Source of the DNA: Lepidodermella squamata
Taxonomy: Eukaryota > Animalia > Gastrotricha
Length of the DNA stretch: 64,000 nt
Assembly (NCBI GenBank): GCA_047495785.1
Contig: JBLDXI010000042.1
Span: 124,001-188,000, forward strand
Direction of reading: 5' to 3'
Within the stretch, counting starts at the first letter, position 1. Every line of letters begins with the position of its first letter. This document shows, one piece after another, positions 11,428 through 24,277 of this stretch. The notes under the pieces are model-generated. The model saw only the letters and a program-made list of their open reading frames with translations, was not told the DNA's origin and did no database searches. A program made the position numbers and the translations under genes.

Positions 11428-12715
11428 TTAGTCGAAACGATCGCAGGAGAAGGTAGTGAAGCCAGCTGCAGTTTGGAAGGCCTGTTTAGCCGCTTCCTTA
11501 ACGTCGCTACCATCTTGAGACATGCCGGCTTCGACAACGGCGGCAACAGTTTGGGTTGTAGCCACTGAAACCTTCTTGATAAAGTCCTTGCAGCCTTGCT
11601 TGTCCTTGCAGCAGATAGCTCCAAAGTCGTACGGGCGTGAGCTCGGACAGTTAGCCCAGCAGACAGGCCCAACACCGGAATACTTGTCCGGGCAGTACGG
11701 GTAGCAGAGACCAGCATCGTACTCCTTATCCGCGCCGCAGCCCATCGGGTAGCCAGCGCCACGGCCGTAGCTGTGCTTCGTGTAGGTGTGGACGTCAATG
11801 CGGCACGTGCAGCCGTCATTCTTGTATGGCGGGTCGTTTTTTGGGCAGAAGGAGCAGCCCTTCTCGAAGGTTAGGCCGCAAATGTCGTACCATGGGCACG
11901 CCTTGTTATTGGATGAGATGATCTTAACGTTGCGGGTGCAGAAGGCTCCGGTATCGGTGTAACCGGACTTGCAGCTTTCCCAGCACTGAAAGGATTTAAG
12001 AGGAGTTTTTTTGAGTAAAAAGCTTGAAAAAACCTGATTTTGGTAATTTCCGGGTTTTGACCCTTACCAGTCCCCTTGGGTGGTATTCCACCCAATCGAA
12101 ATTTCACGCCAACATCTTTTTTATAGCGCGGAATTTTTCGAACCAAATAACCAAAGGGGTGTTACCAAAATCTGTAACTAGGAATACCCCTGAAAAACCA
12201 GATTCGGTAAATTTGAGTAAAAAGCCCATATTAACCCCGAAAAAACCGATTCCGGTAAATTTGAGTAAAAAGCCCATATTAACCCCGAAAAAACCGATTC
12301 TGGTAAATTCGAGTAAAAACCCGAGAAAAACCGAGAAAGACTTTCAACTTACAACTGGGCCAACTCCTTTGTAGCCTTCGCGGCAGTAGGGATAGCACAA
12401 GAGTCCGTCCTTTTGGAGGCCCTCAGCGCACGTGTTGATTGGCTTTCCAACACCACGGCCGTGCGAGCTCTTCCAACACAGACCGAGCTTTTCCTTCATG
12501 ATGACAACAACATTGGTGAAGTTGACGTTAGCCAGGATGTTGCTGATTAGGTTTCCAATCGGGTTGAACTCTTCGTCCTCGTCAACCCAGCCAGACAAGC
12601 TTTTACGAGCGTCGACTGAGGAAAGGAAATTCTGAAAAATCTGAAGCTAGATCAGGCGGGTTTTACCTTGAGACGCTACGGCAACGAGCAAAAGAGCGGC
12701 AACAAAAAATCTCAT
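11428..12715 (-). CDS. Secreted Cys-rich repeat protein C2, 3 exons (12667-12715, 12353-12615, 11428-11985), ~289 aa
   Basis: Close paralog of C1 with identical exon lengths (49/263/558 nt) and an intact frame. Confidence 0.9.
12200..12320. repeat. 48-bp tandem repeat (~2.5 copies) in C2 intron 2
   Basis: ggtaaatttgagtaaaaagcccatattaaccccgaaaaaaccgattc is repeated. Confidence 0.85.
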
Positions 12716-14172
12716 GTTTTATCGCGTTAGAAAATTAAGGTTATACCGTTTTTTATGAACCCTGACTCTTTTTATACCCTTAGCGAGTTGCGTGCGAGAT
12801 GGGCCCATTTATCGCGAATTTCGTCGGGCGAGCGTTTTTTTCCGGTTCCTATGCAAACACCGCGTGAGAGTGTTTTATCATTCTGGCTCAGGTAGCACCC
12901 GCTTTATCGCTCAGTTGTTATCGCGTCGCTCGCTAAAATCATCAGGAAAAGGACTAGTTTCTACTGACATGTCTGCAAGTGGTGTGAAAAAGAATGTTTT
13001 AGCAGAATTAACTGACGGCGAAAGGTCATTAAGAGCACAGGAGCTAGAGATTATTAAGGCAGCATTATTGAGTTCACAAATTCCAGCACGGAGCTAACTG
13101 CACCACGTCATGATATATCTTGAAAATGCTCTCAAAGTCACTAAGGGTTTCTTGATGCATTTGGGCGTGACAGAAGAGGAAACATAGGCGCTTCTACAGG
13201 AGCTTCTACAGGAGATAAAGCACGCGTCTTGGTAATTTGACATAGGGACACCAAATATAAGTATCTCGAAATAATGTCTTACAAGTTAACAGTATCCGAA
13301 AATAGGAAAAATGTCGTTGGGTTTGTAAATGAGTACAGTAAGTAAAGAATTACAAACTTCCCGTGAATGGGAGATTAATTATCACGCGAATGGCGAGCTT
13401 GCAGCTAATTAATTCGTAGCTTAGGATTTCCCCGTCTGTTTCCAAAGCCTGCTAGCAGATGACACAACTCTTGCATCTATTCTTTCAGCGGAAGCAACCT
13501 TCAAAAAATGGGACGAAAACCTAAAACAGTGCCACTAGCCACTATTTCGAAAACATTCTTGAAAAGAGACTTGGTCACGTTCTGAGTGATGACCGGCCTT
13601 AAATCTCGAAATATACACTTAAATGGGAAGTTGTGAATGTAATAGGGAAGTTCCGGCTATCTCAAATAGGGAAAAGGCCCTTTCATAAGGCGTATTTTGA
13701 AAGAATGACAATACGATTAATGCAATGAAATTACTTTCCAAAGATCTCGACCTGTTTCTTTCAAATGCAAAGACTCCTGAACATTCAGCAATAAGACCTG
13801 AATACTGAAACAAGTAACAGTTAACAAGTGAAAAGTGAGGTATGGCGTATTTTTGTATTCTCAGCAGATGACAAAACGTAATTTACTTGAAGAGGAGCGA
13901 TTCTTGGAACATTTGGTGTTCTTACTTAGTTATTCTTGACCTTTAGGAGCCTCCTATCCACCTTAATAGACGGGAGAAGTCAAAGGCTAATTTAGGTACG
14001 CAGTAGCTATTCGGGTTGTTTCGGGTAGTAGGAATGACCTTGTTATCCAAGCCCGTTTTATTACACTGTTAGTTTGTGGCACCAGCTCTCAACTCTTAAT
14101 GTATCATCAACATAAAAAAGATTTCTAATCGCCATTTGCAAAGCTCAAAGCAACGCCAATGCCTCAAATCAC

Positions 14173-16263
14173 TCATTCGACATACGTTTCACATGCTGTG
14201 AATGATACAGTGTTGTCGCAATCAATTAAATACATCAAAAAATCATAAATCAAGCCACAATTGTTATTATTCAACGAGTTGCCAAACTGAGTTTGATTGA
14301 ATGTGAAAGCGGTACCATCCGACCATTTGAGAACGCCTGCTTCTGGAGCAAGACCCAGCCATGCATAGCCGGTGGGTACAAGGCTGCCAACCTGGGCAAG
14401 GTCGGAAGCCGTTTTAACAGTTGCCAAAATGGCACCCTGTTTCGAACACTTTTTGGCTGCAGTTGAGTGAGCATAAGAACCCGTATCAAGGTAAAACACT
14501 TTCTTTCGAGCGTTTTGGCACTGCGATTCGCCGCTGAACGTGACATTTGCAGGAAATCGCCTCTCAGTGCTGGCGTCGCAGCTGATTGAGCTCGGTCGGC
14601 AGGTTACTGTACCGTCAGCAGTTCGCAGGCATCGATGCTGAGGGATCTATAAATAAATTTCGTATTTCATGAAATACCAAGGAACGCTCGGGGGTTTTTC
14701 CAAGGATGGACAAATTTATCCATGTAAATTTAGATTACTGTATTGCGATTAGTATCAGCGAAACAGCAGGTTAAAGTTACGGCTCAATACTACGAAAAAT
14801 AGGAAATCATGATATCCTAAAAGAAATGAACTCACAGGAGGCGTTATATCCGTAATGCATTTGCCGTGGTTGAGTTGAAATGACTGCAAGCCAGAGAACA
14901 GCTTAACCTGTAGTAGGAAAACAGCTGATAGCGGAGAAAAAACCGTGCTTTTTGTTAAGCTTTACCTGAGATTGATCTAGCGGGCATGCAGCGTAGCAAG
15001 ACAGTCGGCCGGACGAATCCTTGCACGAGACAGCATTCTGCAGAACAAGAGTTACCGCAATAATAATTGCCAAACCAGAAAGGATAACATACTCCGAGCA
15101 TGCAGACTGCACGGTTGATGTAAACTCTCGATGAGTATTGCTGAGTTTCGTTGCTAGCCATACAGCCGGAGCTTTGCGGTCGGCAGTCATTGAACTTTTT
15201 GTTCGTAGAATCAAAGCACCGAATGTGTGGTTTTTCGCTGACCGGAACTGTGACTGTAATGACAATAGGTCCGTAGTTTCCCCCCAAGTTTCCGCCTCAA
15301 TTTGCGATCAATTTTATTCCGGGAAAATTGTTCAAAATTCAAACTGGTTAAGATAAGGAAATCGACCTAAGAGTTCCCCCTTTAGTCTTAGACTGAGTTC
15401 ACCGTACGGGCCGATGAGCTGGTAGGGATGATCCCTAGCGGTAAATCACGAACCTGTTCCATTGGTACAAGGCGCAAGAGTCGTAAACAGAGTTGTTCCA
15501 GTTAACTAGGAAAACAAGACTCATCGTCACTCACCAATCCTCAAATTTTTCAAATCGTTCACCCAGTTGTTGGGGCAGAAGTAAGGGTCTGGAACACAGG
15601 TCATGGTGACGTTGTTCGAAGTACAGCGCCTGAATTTTAGAGTCTCGAATGATACATATATTAAGCCTTAATCCGTATGGCCAAGTTTCCTGAATTCTCA
15701 CCTCGAATGCAGCTTTCTTTTTCTCGCATTCATCGAGGTTGAATTTCAAGCTCAACGTCGCATTCTGGTTGTCGAACCAGAACGTCTGAGGCATAAATTA
15801 TATTATAGTGATTAGAAATTACAGGTTAATCGAATAAGGCTTACATTCATATCACCAGGATTGTTACAGCCAATGTTTCCAGGTACGCAAAACGGGGTGA
15901 GCGCCTCGTATTTGTAGCACATCCTGGCATTCTATAGATAAAACAGACAAAAATTGCAAATAGATATAGCAGAAAGGTTATAGCAGACCCCGGTGTTGCA
16001 GACCCCCGTTGTTCGGAAGATTGGGCCGAGCTATATAGATTGAGAGTTATTCCAATTGTTTGGCATTTCAAACAGTTTCAATCAGAATTCAGAAAAACCT
16101 GATAATTAGCGAGTGGGTCACAGCCATTGGCAGCTGGTATGCAGCTGGTAAATCGGTTGCTGAACTGCGAGAAGCATCGAACCCAGTTCAACGGGTCCTT
16201 GCCCCATGCCATGTCGCTCGATGCGAGCACAAGTCCCAGAAGAACGAAATAATATCCGGCCAT
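14173..16263 (-). CDS. Secreted multi-exon protein L1: six novel Cys modules plus a C-terminal C-type lectin domain
   Basis: Signal peptide MAGYYFVLLGLVLASSDMAWG. About 10 short exons are homologous, largely exon for exon, to L2 (34698-37927). CTLD hallmarks: A..KC...GAILATV, AWLGL, LKWSDG, NNCG..DC....FTACE. Confidence 0.8.
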
Positions 16264-17715
16264 TTTATTTGGCTAATTTCGAATAAAAGCTCGGAAAAAT
16301 GCTATCAAATGAAATGAAAATGAAATGAAATACTACGTGTTTCGACTTGAAAACTAGAGACTCGAAAATACTCGTCCTAATTTCAACTTGGACAATAATA
16401 TTGTCTCCGCCCAATTTTCCAATAGGCATTTCAGAAATAATCGCGTGATTCTCAACCAAGCGCGTTTCATAAAATAATTGGCAAAAACTTGTCTTGTCCT
16501 TATTCTTTCTATTTAACAAATGCACTTTCAATTGGTGACCTGATTTGAACATTAATTGTCTTCCACTTTTTTATTCCATTGTATTTTGCAATTTATATTC
16601 ATCGCGGAAACGCCTTATGATCATGCATTCAGCACGTCTCGACGAATTGACATTGGAAATATTATCTTGACCGAAGCAATTGAAGGATCACGGCGACGAT
16701 AGGTACCGTGGGACATTTGTCTCTTCATCGATATAGTTTTTTCCTTTGAGCCAAATCGAAATTGTGGTAAGCTCGAACGCTGAAATGATGCAACTGGCTT
16801 GAAGTTCTTGAGAATTTAGGACATATATCAATGTGAAATGGGAAAATAGACAAAATTTGGACAAATGCAAGCAGTCTCAGTTTGAGAAACCTCGAAGCAT
16901 GCCTCGGGTGGCTGAGAGTTGAATGGACATTGCCAGCAAAATTATCTAACTTGAAATTTATCACCAGCGCCAATGCGTCGTTAGTGAGCATGCATTATCC
17001 CTGAAAAATGTTATCGAGTTATTCAAACGCCCGTATCAGCCGAAAAATTCAACTTCTAATAAAAATTAAGATTCTGAAATATTAGCATTAGTGCTTACTC
17101 TGGCCATTTTTTTCTCGATGACCATCCATCATCAACCATCCATTACCAACCAGTTTGGGAAAATGACTGATTATAATGCATGTCTCACATGAATGACAAC
17201 GGAAGTCATATCAAATTATTTTCCAACGATCTCGATTCTTTCTAGCCCGATTACTCACTGGAAAGATTGTCTCGCGCTCAGATGATTTCTACAATCATTA
17301 ATCTTGCCAGTGCTTAAGACTTAAGAAATTATTCTATTTGTTCAATTAGTCGCTCTACCGCCGTCACCGCTATCTGTCATGAAGAGTCAATGTTTCCCGA
17401 GATGCTTGATTTATTCATTGAAAATAAACTGAACACCAGTCACTGGCAAATTAAGAGCTTAAGTACTGACAATTAGTTATCACATGATCATATATCACAA
17501 GTCCTAGATCACAGCTATGGTTATTCATCTTATTAGTCATGACCGGGATGCCGCCGTAACACCAATCGTTACACTATCACATGATAATATCAACTTGTTA
17601 TGCTCAACTCATCGTCGATCCAGCCGGCTTTATTAATAGCCTGTTTTCATAAACAACGGACTTCATTATAATAAATTTTTATAAAGTCTAAATATTTCTC
17701 TCAATTGTCTTACAC

Positions 17716-18058
17716 ATGACAGCAAAGATTGCATTGGCGATCGTCGTTTTGGTAAGAAGCTCCTCATAGTCTGTAACATGTAATAATCTATCGTTTATAG
17801 GCCGCTGTTACTCTCGTGGCACTCGCACACAAGGAAGGAGATTCCTGCAGTTTCAGCGATGGTCTACCGGGCAAATATAAGAAAATCGCAAAAACTGGTC
17901 AAATCGTTTGCTCCTTTTCATTGGGAAAGCGTGAGGAAGAACAGCCAGAGCAAGTGGCACGGGAAACCTGTACACTTCCTAACGGAAAGCCTGGCAAGTA
18001 TCGGCCTGTTGGTATTGGCGATCTCAAATATTGTGGGCCTATCAAGTGGAGACGATAG
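17716..18058 (+). CDS. Secreted peptide precursor P3 (exons 17716-17751, 17801-18058), 97 aa
   Basis: MTAKIALAIVVL|AAVTLVALA-HKEGDSCSFSDGLPGKYKKIAKTGQIVCSFSL-GKR-EEEQPEQVAR-ETCTLPNGKPGKYRPVGIGDLKYCGPIKWRR*. AATAAA at ~18184. Confidence 0.88.
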
Positions 18059-19393
18059 ACTGGCGTCCGCTGGTCGAATGAGTGATGCTGATGGGTGTGA
18101 TGAGGAGGTTGCAGCAATTTTGCGAATGCGGTGCGAGGTTGCATGAATACAAAATTTTGAGACATGGTGTTATTCCATACTTAATAAAATTAAAACTATT
18201 TAGAACTCCCGTGACGGTTACTTTCGATTTTCAATAATTCATTCATTTATATTCCTTTTTCAATCACGGAAGAAGTAAATTTGGATCTTTTGGTTTTAAG
18301 GTTCCTCCCAAGTTCGGGGATACTGCTTCACACGAACGCAGAGATGAATACTGCGTTCATAAAAAAATGTTGCCAGTGCAAAACTGGTCTCGGCCAATTA
18401 TTCTCCCAGTCACGTTTCCTCCTAGAAACAGGAAATCCCTGTGGTATCCGTTTGTCCTCATCAATCTAAGAGCAGCATTTGGAACCCCTCACCTCAAATC
18501 CCCGTGTGAGATATCCGAGTCGAGCTAAGCAATAGAGCTCTGTGATCGAAGTTATGCGGATTCAGATTCAAATAAACCTGGGCAGTTTCGAACGGCGCGC
18601 GAAGTAGGATTCTCGGCCGGAATTTTATGACAGAAGGGTTCCCAGTCGTCTTTTTGGGGTTTCACCTCATTTCCCCCTGTACTTTGCGCACTGGTTTCAA
18701 GCCATGTTACATCGGGATCCCAATCAAAAGTCATTGGTCTTACAAAGGTTAGTTTTTTTACAAAGGTTTATATCATATTGATTGACGACGATTGAAGTTA
18801 ATCGGATTCAGATTATAATAAACATGGGCAGTTTCGAACGGTTCGTGACATAGGATGCTCGAACTAGGGGGTAATATCAGGCCGGAACTTTATGACCAAA
18901 GGGTTCCCAGTCGTCGTTTTGGGTTTCCCCCTGAACTTCGCGCAATGGTTTCAAACCATGTTAAATCGGGATAACCTATTGTAACAACTCGGGGTCCCAA
19001 TTAAAAGGTCATTGGCTCTGCTACAAATCATTTTCCCCGGTTCCCTTAGTTTTTACAAAGATTTTATAATATTGATTGACGACGAAATGAACCGATAAGA
19101 TGACGGAGCAACGAACAAAACATCACCGGTTCAAAAACTGGCTATTTGCTCACGTGGGGAATTGTGCTATGAACCGGGCGATGCGATAACAACTCAACAA
19201 AACAATGTTGTTGTGAATCCCCGTATTGAATCAGTCGCTCTCCTACCACCCACCGCTACGGCTAACGCTGCTCTGTTATCGATTAATCATTTTTGCGCAC
19301 CGAGAAAATGACTGGAAAAGGGCTCGTCGAGTAGTCCGAACGAGCTCAGGTCATTAATTCATTTTTATCTTTTCAATCATCTTTCATTAAGTC

Positions 19394-19748
19394 ATGGCGA
19401 ATCTTGTTTCCGTCACCGCTGCTTTGGTAAAATCACCTATCCTTTTTCCCAAATTCAAGTTGAAGGCATTGCTTTATCCAACAGGTTGCGCTCAGCATTG
19501 TCTTGGCATCGGCTGATGCTCAGATAAAGAATGGAGATGATTGCATCTTTCGTGGACAAAAGCCTGGCCACTATGAACTGAATACAAGGACCAACAAGTG
19601 GGTATGCATGCCGAAGCCACAAGGACGCGAAGCTGCGGCGGAGGAGGCAAGCAGAGGAGAAGGAGACTACTACTGCCTCACCAGTAAATTGGCATTAGGC
19701 CATTGGATAATACAGAATCGCAAATCAATTTGCGTCAAGAATAACTGA
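19394..19748 (+). CDS. Secreted peptide precursor P4 (B-type; exons 19394-19426, 19485-19748), 98 aa
   Basis: MANLVSVTAAL|VALSIVLASADA-QIKNGDDCIFRGQKPGHYELNTRTNKWVCMPKPQ-GR-EAAAEEASR-GEGDYYCLTSKLALGHWIIQNRKSICVKNN*. AATAAA at ~19868. Confidence 0.88.
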
Positions 19749-20591
19749 ATCACGAGGCTTCAAGCATCGACCGACTCAGATATCAGATCGACTGATGAGA
19801 GGAAATATCGGGCGCTGTCCTGAAGTTGCACATAGCTCCAATCAATGGAAATATTTCGATTAATTTGAATAAAATATAAGTATGGACTTTTTTCTTGTTA
19901 TTTTAAACAACGCCTTATCTAATCGTCCTTGAAAGAAATTGTGCATCTGAGACGAGATTTTTGTTTCATTTGCAAAATAGCTCATCTGCTGAACCTATTT
20001 TAGATTTCACCTCATTATGAGGGTGTCCAATGTCCAACACCGATTTTCCAAGGAAAGATGATTTGGGGAGGATTCTCACACAATAATTATGTAGCTTTCA
20101 GTCCAAAATGATGGCAGGATCGGGCAGGATGGTGCTGGCTTAGCGATCGGTATGGTCTTGGGAGTATTACAAAGCTGAAGGCTGCCCTACTGAATCCTCT
20201 TTCTACCTGCCCGATCCTTGGGACCAATACTGTATGGACTCGACACTAGCCACTTTTCTGCTGGACAGGAAAAAAATCAATAATTTCGAAGCGAGAAAAT
20301 CGCATGAAAAAATGTTTTTTTTACGCATCAAAAGCATCATTTTTACGCATCCGCCCGTCAATTGTTATTTTTTCAATTTGTTTAATCAGTCGCTCCGCCG
20401 CTATTCTACTGGCTTGATGCACCGCCAAGTCATAATAGCCTGCCTGGGTAAACAATCGAAGCGAAGGTTGACGTAGGTACCGAATGACAGGCAAATTGAT
20501 CATCGAGAAGCTCATCAGTGCTAGGTTCATTATTCAAGTTTCTATCTTCAAAAAAGAGTCGAATTGTTTCCCTCAAGTTAAAAAAAAACTC

Positions 20592-20945
20592 ATGGCATCT
20601 AAAATTTCATTGGCGATCGTCGTTTTGGTGAGGAGGATCATCGTTATTTAGTCTGTAAATGATCTGTATCGTTATAATTTCACATAGGCTGTTGTTACTC
20701 TCATGGCATCGGCACAAGAAAAACAACACAAGGAAGGAGATGCGTGCACATTTAAGGGTTTTCTCCCGGGCAAATGGACGAAACGCGCATCAACGGGCCA
20801 AGTGATTTGCATCACGACAGTTGGAAAGCGTGAGGACGCACGGGCAGAGGAGACGGCTCGAAATAAGGAAGAATGCCCCAGCAAGAACGGCAAGCCTGGC
20901 GTTATTAAGCAGTACAATGGCATAAGGGTCTGCAGTTGGATTTAG
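20592..20945 (+). CDS. Secreted peptide precursor P5 (exons 20592-20627, 20688-20945), 97 aa
   Basis: MASKISLAIVVL|AVVTLMASA-QEKQHKEGDACTFKGFLPGKWTKRASTGQVICITTV-GKR-EDARAEETAR-NKEECPSKNGKPGVIKQYNGIRVCSWI*. AATAAA at ~21041. Confidence 0.88.
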
Positions 20946-22331
20946 GCTCCCATGCGATTGCTGGGTGCGATGGGGAGAGAGCATCAAGATTGGAAATATT
21001 TCATCTCCGAATTTTACTCCGGTGTGATTCGAAGTTCGACAATAAAAACTGATAGCTACGACAGAGGAAAATTGTTAACCTCGGAAATCTGCAACAGCTG
21101 CAAAAGCATCGTTTTGGTTCGCAGGTTCTGTCTTGCATATCCCGATTGAACAAATGGAAATAGGGGCGAAAGAAGGAGCGACCCCGCAAGAAATCTGAAA
21201 TTAACCGTAATCTGTTCATTCTGTACATTCCCAGCAAAATTCGACGTATCCGAATAGCCACAATTTTCTCAAACATTTGTTGCTTCGCTCGCTGATTCAC
21301 GTTCAAATTTTGTTATATTTTGAGGTTAGAAAGGTTTTGGGGTCGTGGGGTCGCGAGAAACACTCAAAGCCCACTTTTAGATTTTTCAAAACTTTTCAGA
21401 GAGAATTATGAAAAAATATCGTCAGCTAAATCTCGATTTGCTCCCAAAGGTTAATTAATGCACTGGTTGGAGTTTGGAGGGCAAATATTAATAGGCTAAA
21501 AATTTACATGCAATTTCTTTCACTTTTCGATTTTTTGAGAGTGGCGAGTGGCGACTTCAGTTGGATGACAAATCAGGAGACGCGTAACAATTCATTCAAG
21601 AACCCTCAAAACCCCAACCAACCAATAACCAATCCGCTCAAAAGCGCACTCGAAAACTTCAATTCTCGATTATAGAGGCGTGCGGCCGGGAAGGTCCTCA
21701 TTTATCATTACAAGTGGCCGGTTGAGAGTTCAAGAGGCAATGCGGCCGGAAAGGTCGACAGCCGGCCGCCATTTTGACCGGGAGCGAAAATAGTTCGAGA
21801 ACCACTGTTTTAAGTGAAACGTTTTCGCTTATTGTATACTATCGCATTGGGGCGGCACTTTGTAGGTTTGAGGGGCGCATTGAAGGATTAATGTACGATT
21901 TCACTTTGAGTGACTGTCTACAATTCGATTGACGAAATATATTACGGCGATAATTAACTAATTTATTGTCTAAACAACGAGAAATTCACCCGATTACTCA
22001 CTATTACTCACTGGGAAGATTGTCTCGCGCTCAGATGATTTCTACATTCATTAATCTTGCCAGTGCTTAAGAAATTATTTGTTGAATCAGTCGCTCTATA
22101 CCGCCTTCACCGCTATCACATGATAATATCAACTTGTTATGCTCAACTCATCGTCGATCCAGCCGGCTTTATTAATAGCCTGTTTTCATAAACAACGGAC
22201 TTCATTGCTGACGTAGGTACTGAATGACTGGCAAAGTGCTCATGGAGAAGCTCATCTGTGATCAGGTCATTTTTCAATTTTCTAACCTTAAAGATAAAGT
22301 CAAATTATTTCCTTTCAACTGTTTACTACTC

Positions 22332-22658
22332 ATGGCAACTAAGCTAACATTGGTGATCGTCGTTTTGGTAAGAATTCTCCTGTGGTATTTTTTAGTCTAC
22401 CATTTTTATTATACCAGGCCGCTGTTACTCTCACGGCGTTCGCACACAAGGACGGAGATTCTTGCAGTTATATCGGAGGTATGCCTGGTACATGGAAGAA
22501 AAGCTTGAAAACGGGTTTGCACCATGTCATGGGGAAAGCGTGAAGCGCAGCCGGAGGAAGCGGCACGGGAAGCCTGTAAACTTCCAAACGGGAAGCCTGG
22601 CAAGTATCGGCATGCTGGTGCTGCCGGTTTCAAATACTGTGCGCCTATCCATGCGTGA
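22332..22658 (+). pseudogene. Peptide gene P6 (close to P1), frameshifted by an 8-nt deletion
   Basis: MATKLTLVIVVL|AAVTLTAFAHKDGDSCSYIGGMPGTWKKSLKTG, then loss of ctgctggt relative to P1 gives a stop at 22541-22543. The downstream frame still reads CTMSWGKREAQPEEAAREACKLPNGKPGKYRHAGAAGFKYCAPIHA*. Confidence 0.82.
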
Positions 22659-23095
22659 CGATAGACTGAAGTCCGTCGCACGATTGAAAAATGCTGATGA
22701 GAAGGTAGCAGCAAGCTTGCGAACATGATATCTCAAATACACTTCTAGCCGCGGTGCAAGGTTGCATAATAAATGAAACACGTTAAGACATGTGAGGGTA
22801 GAACGGCGTTGTTCCATAGTTAAATAAAATAAAACTGTCTAGAACTTCCGCGAATTTCCCGTGCTCGATTGTCGATAATTGATTCATTTGGCGTCAATTG
22901 TCAAACCCGGAAGAAGAACATATTGCTGGGATCCTTTCGTTCAAAGGTTCCTTCGAAGCTTCACGCGAAAAAAAGGCGAATGAAGGGATGAAGGCGGAGT
23001 TGTTTCTCGTTTCCACAGGTTCCAGTCACGATTTGTCCTAGAAATATGAAATTACATAAAGGATTTTTAGAATCCGTTTGTCTCTATCTATCCAG

Positions 23096-23944
23096 TAGAG
23101 CTGTCGCGGTTAAAAAAAATCAGTCCTCCGGTTAACCCGGTTAGGTTACTCACAATTTTAATTTTAACCCGGTTAACCCGGTTAACCCGGTTAATCGCCG
23201 GTTAACCGCCGGTTAAGCGCAATTACTGTTTTTATATGTAGTTTTTAGAGTGCTTTTAAAGTCAAATTTGATAGGAAATTCGGATTCGGCGTGAAATTCT
23301 GCGTTAGAACATGTATAACACTATGTTTTTCAATTAATCCAAGAAAAACTTATTTTTCACTAAATAGTGCAAATTGAAATTTTATAAATGAAAATATCTT
23401 AATAACTTATCAACGGTTCGTTTTTTGAGGGTTTTGTCACCCACAGGGCGGATATCTGGCCTAATATTACATGGGTAATCGAATAGAACTGTCAGATTTT
23501 GAAAAAGTTGCTTCCGATAGCTTCCGGAAGCAATTACCGATAATTACCAGGTCGTAAAATTTATTGCACCCTTATTTTTTATGGAAATACCCCGCAATAT
23601 ATCAAATTATGCAGAAATTCACGCAGATTTCAAATTTGATGTCTATATCTTTATATGGGCAATACTTGATACCGATAATTGCTTTACCAACCTTATAATG
23701 TTGTTTATTCAAATTTGAAACTTGCGCCATATAGAAATATTTTGCATAACGTTTTTAACAGTAGCTGTGGTTGATTGCAGACTGTTGAAGCCACGCTGTG
23801 ATTTGGCACCATTTAAATTTTTTTAACCGGCGGTTAACCGCGGTTAATTTCAATAACTTTGGCTCTAACCGGGTTACGCCGGTTATAACCTAACCGGCAG
23901 TTAACCGCGGTTACTCGGTTAAATTCTTAACCGCGACAGCTCTA
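23096..23944. mobile_element. Non-autonomous hAT element (849 bp)
   Basis: 18-bp TIR TAGAGCTGTCGCGGTTAA; 8-bp TSD CTATCCAG (23088-23095, 23945-23952); many subterminal (C)GGTTAACC motifs; no ORF. Confidence 0.9.
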
Positions 23945-24277
23945 CTATCCAGTAGCAGCATCCAGAAAATGAGAACGGAGAGTAAACTAATTTATTGTCT
24001 AAACAACGAGAAATTAACCCGATTACTCACTATTACGAAGATTCTCTCGCGTCCAGCTGATTTCTGTATTTCTTAATTTTACCAGTGCTTAAGAATTTAT
24101 CATCTTTGTTGAATAAGTCGCTCTACCGCCGTTAGTTCAAATGCTAACAATTTGCCATTCGCACTTGATCGTCGATCCGACCATTGCCGATTGCTGACGT
24201 AGGTTCCGTATGACTGACAAAGTGTTCATCGAAAAGCTCATCTATGCTAGGATCATTATTCAAGTTTCAATCTTTAA

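Noticed and set aside
12024-12374. 116-aa Lys/Pro repeat ORF
   Set aside because: Antisense reading of the 48-bp tandem repeat in C2 intron 2.
17965-18035. Similarity of CTLPNGKPG to the start of clip domains
   Set aside because: The other clip cysteines and any protease domain are absent; probably a convergent beta-turn motif.
18552-18734. Duplicated 60-aa ORF MTFDWDPDV... (also at 24702-24992)
   Set aside because: Conserved only because of the recent duplication; the older tandem copy at ~18800-19090 has indels; no signal peptide or domain.
21674-21807. GGCCGG-rich segment ending in gagaaccactg, resembling a hAT end
   Set aside because: No partner TIR or TSD; too fragmentary to call.
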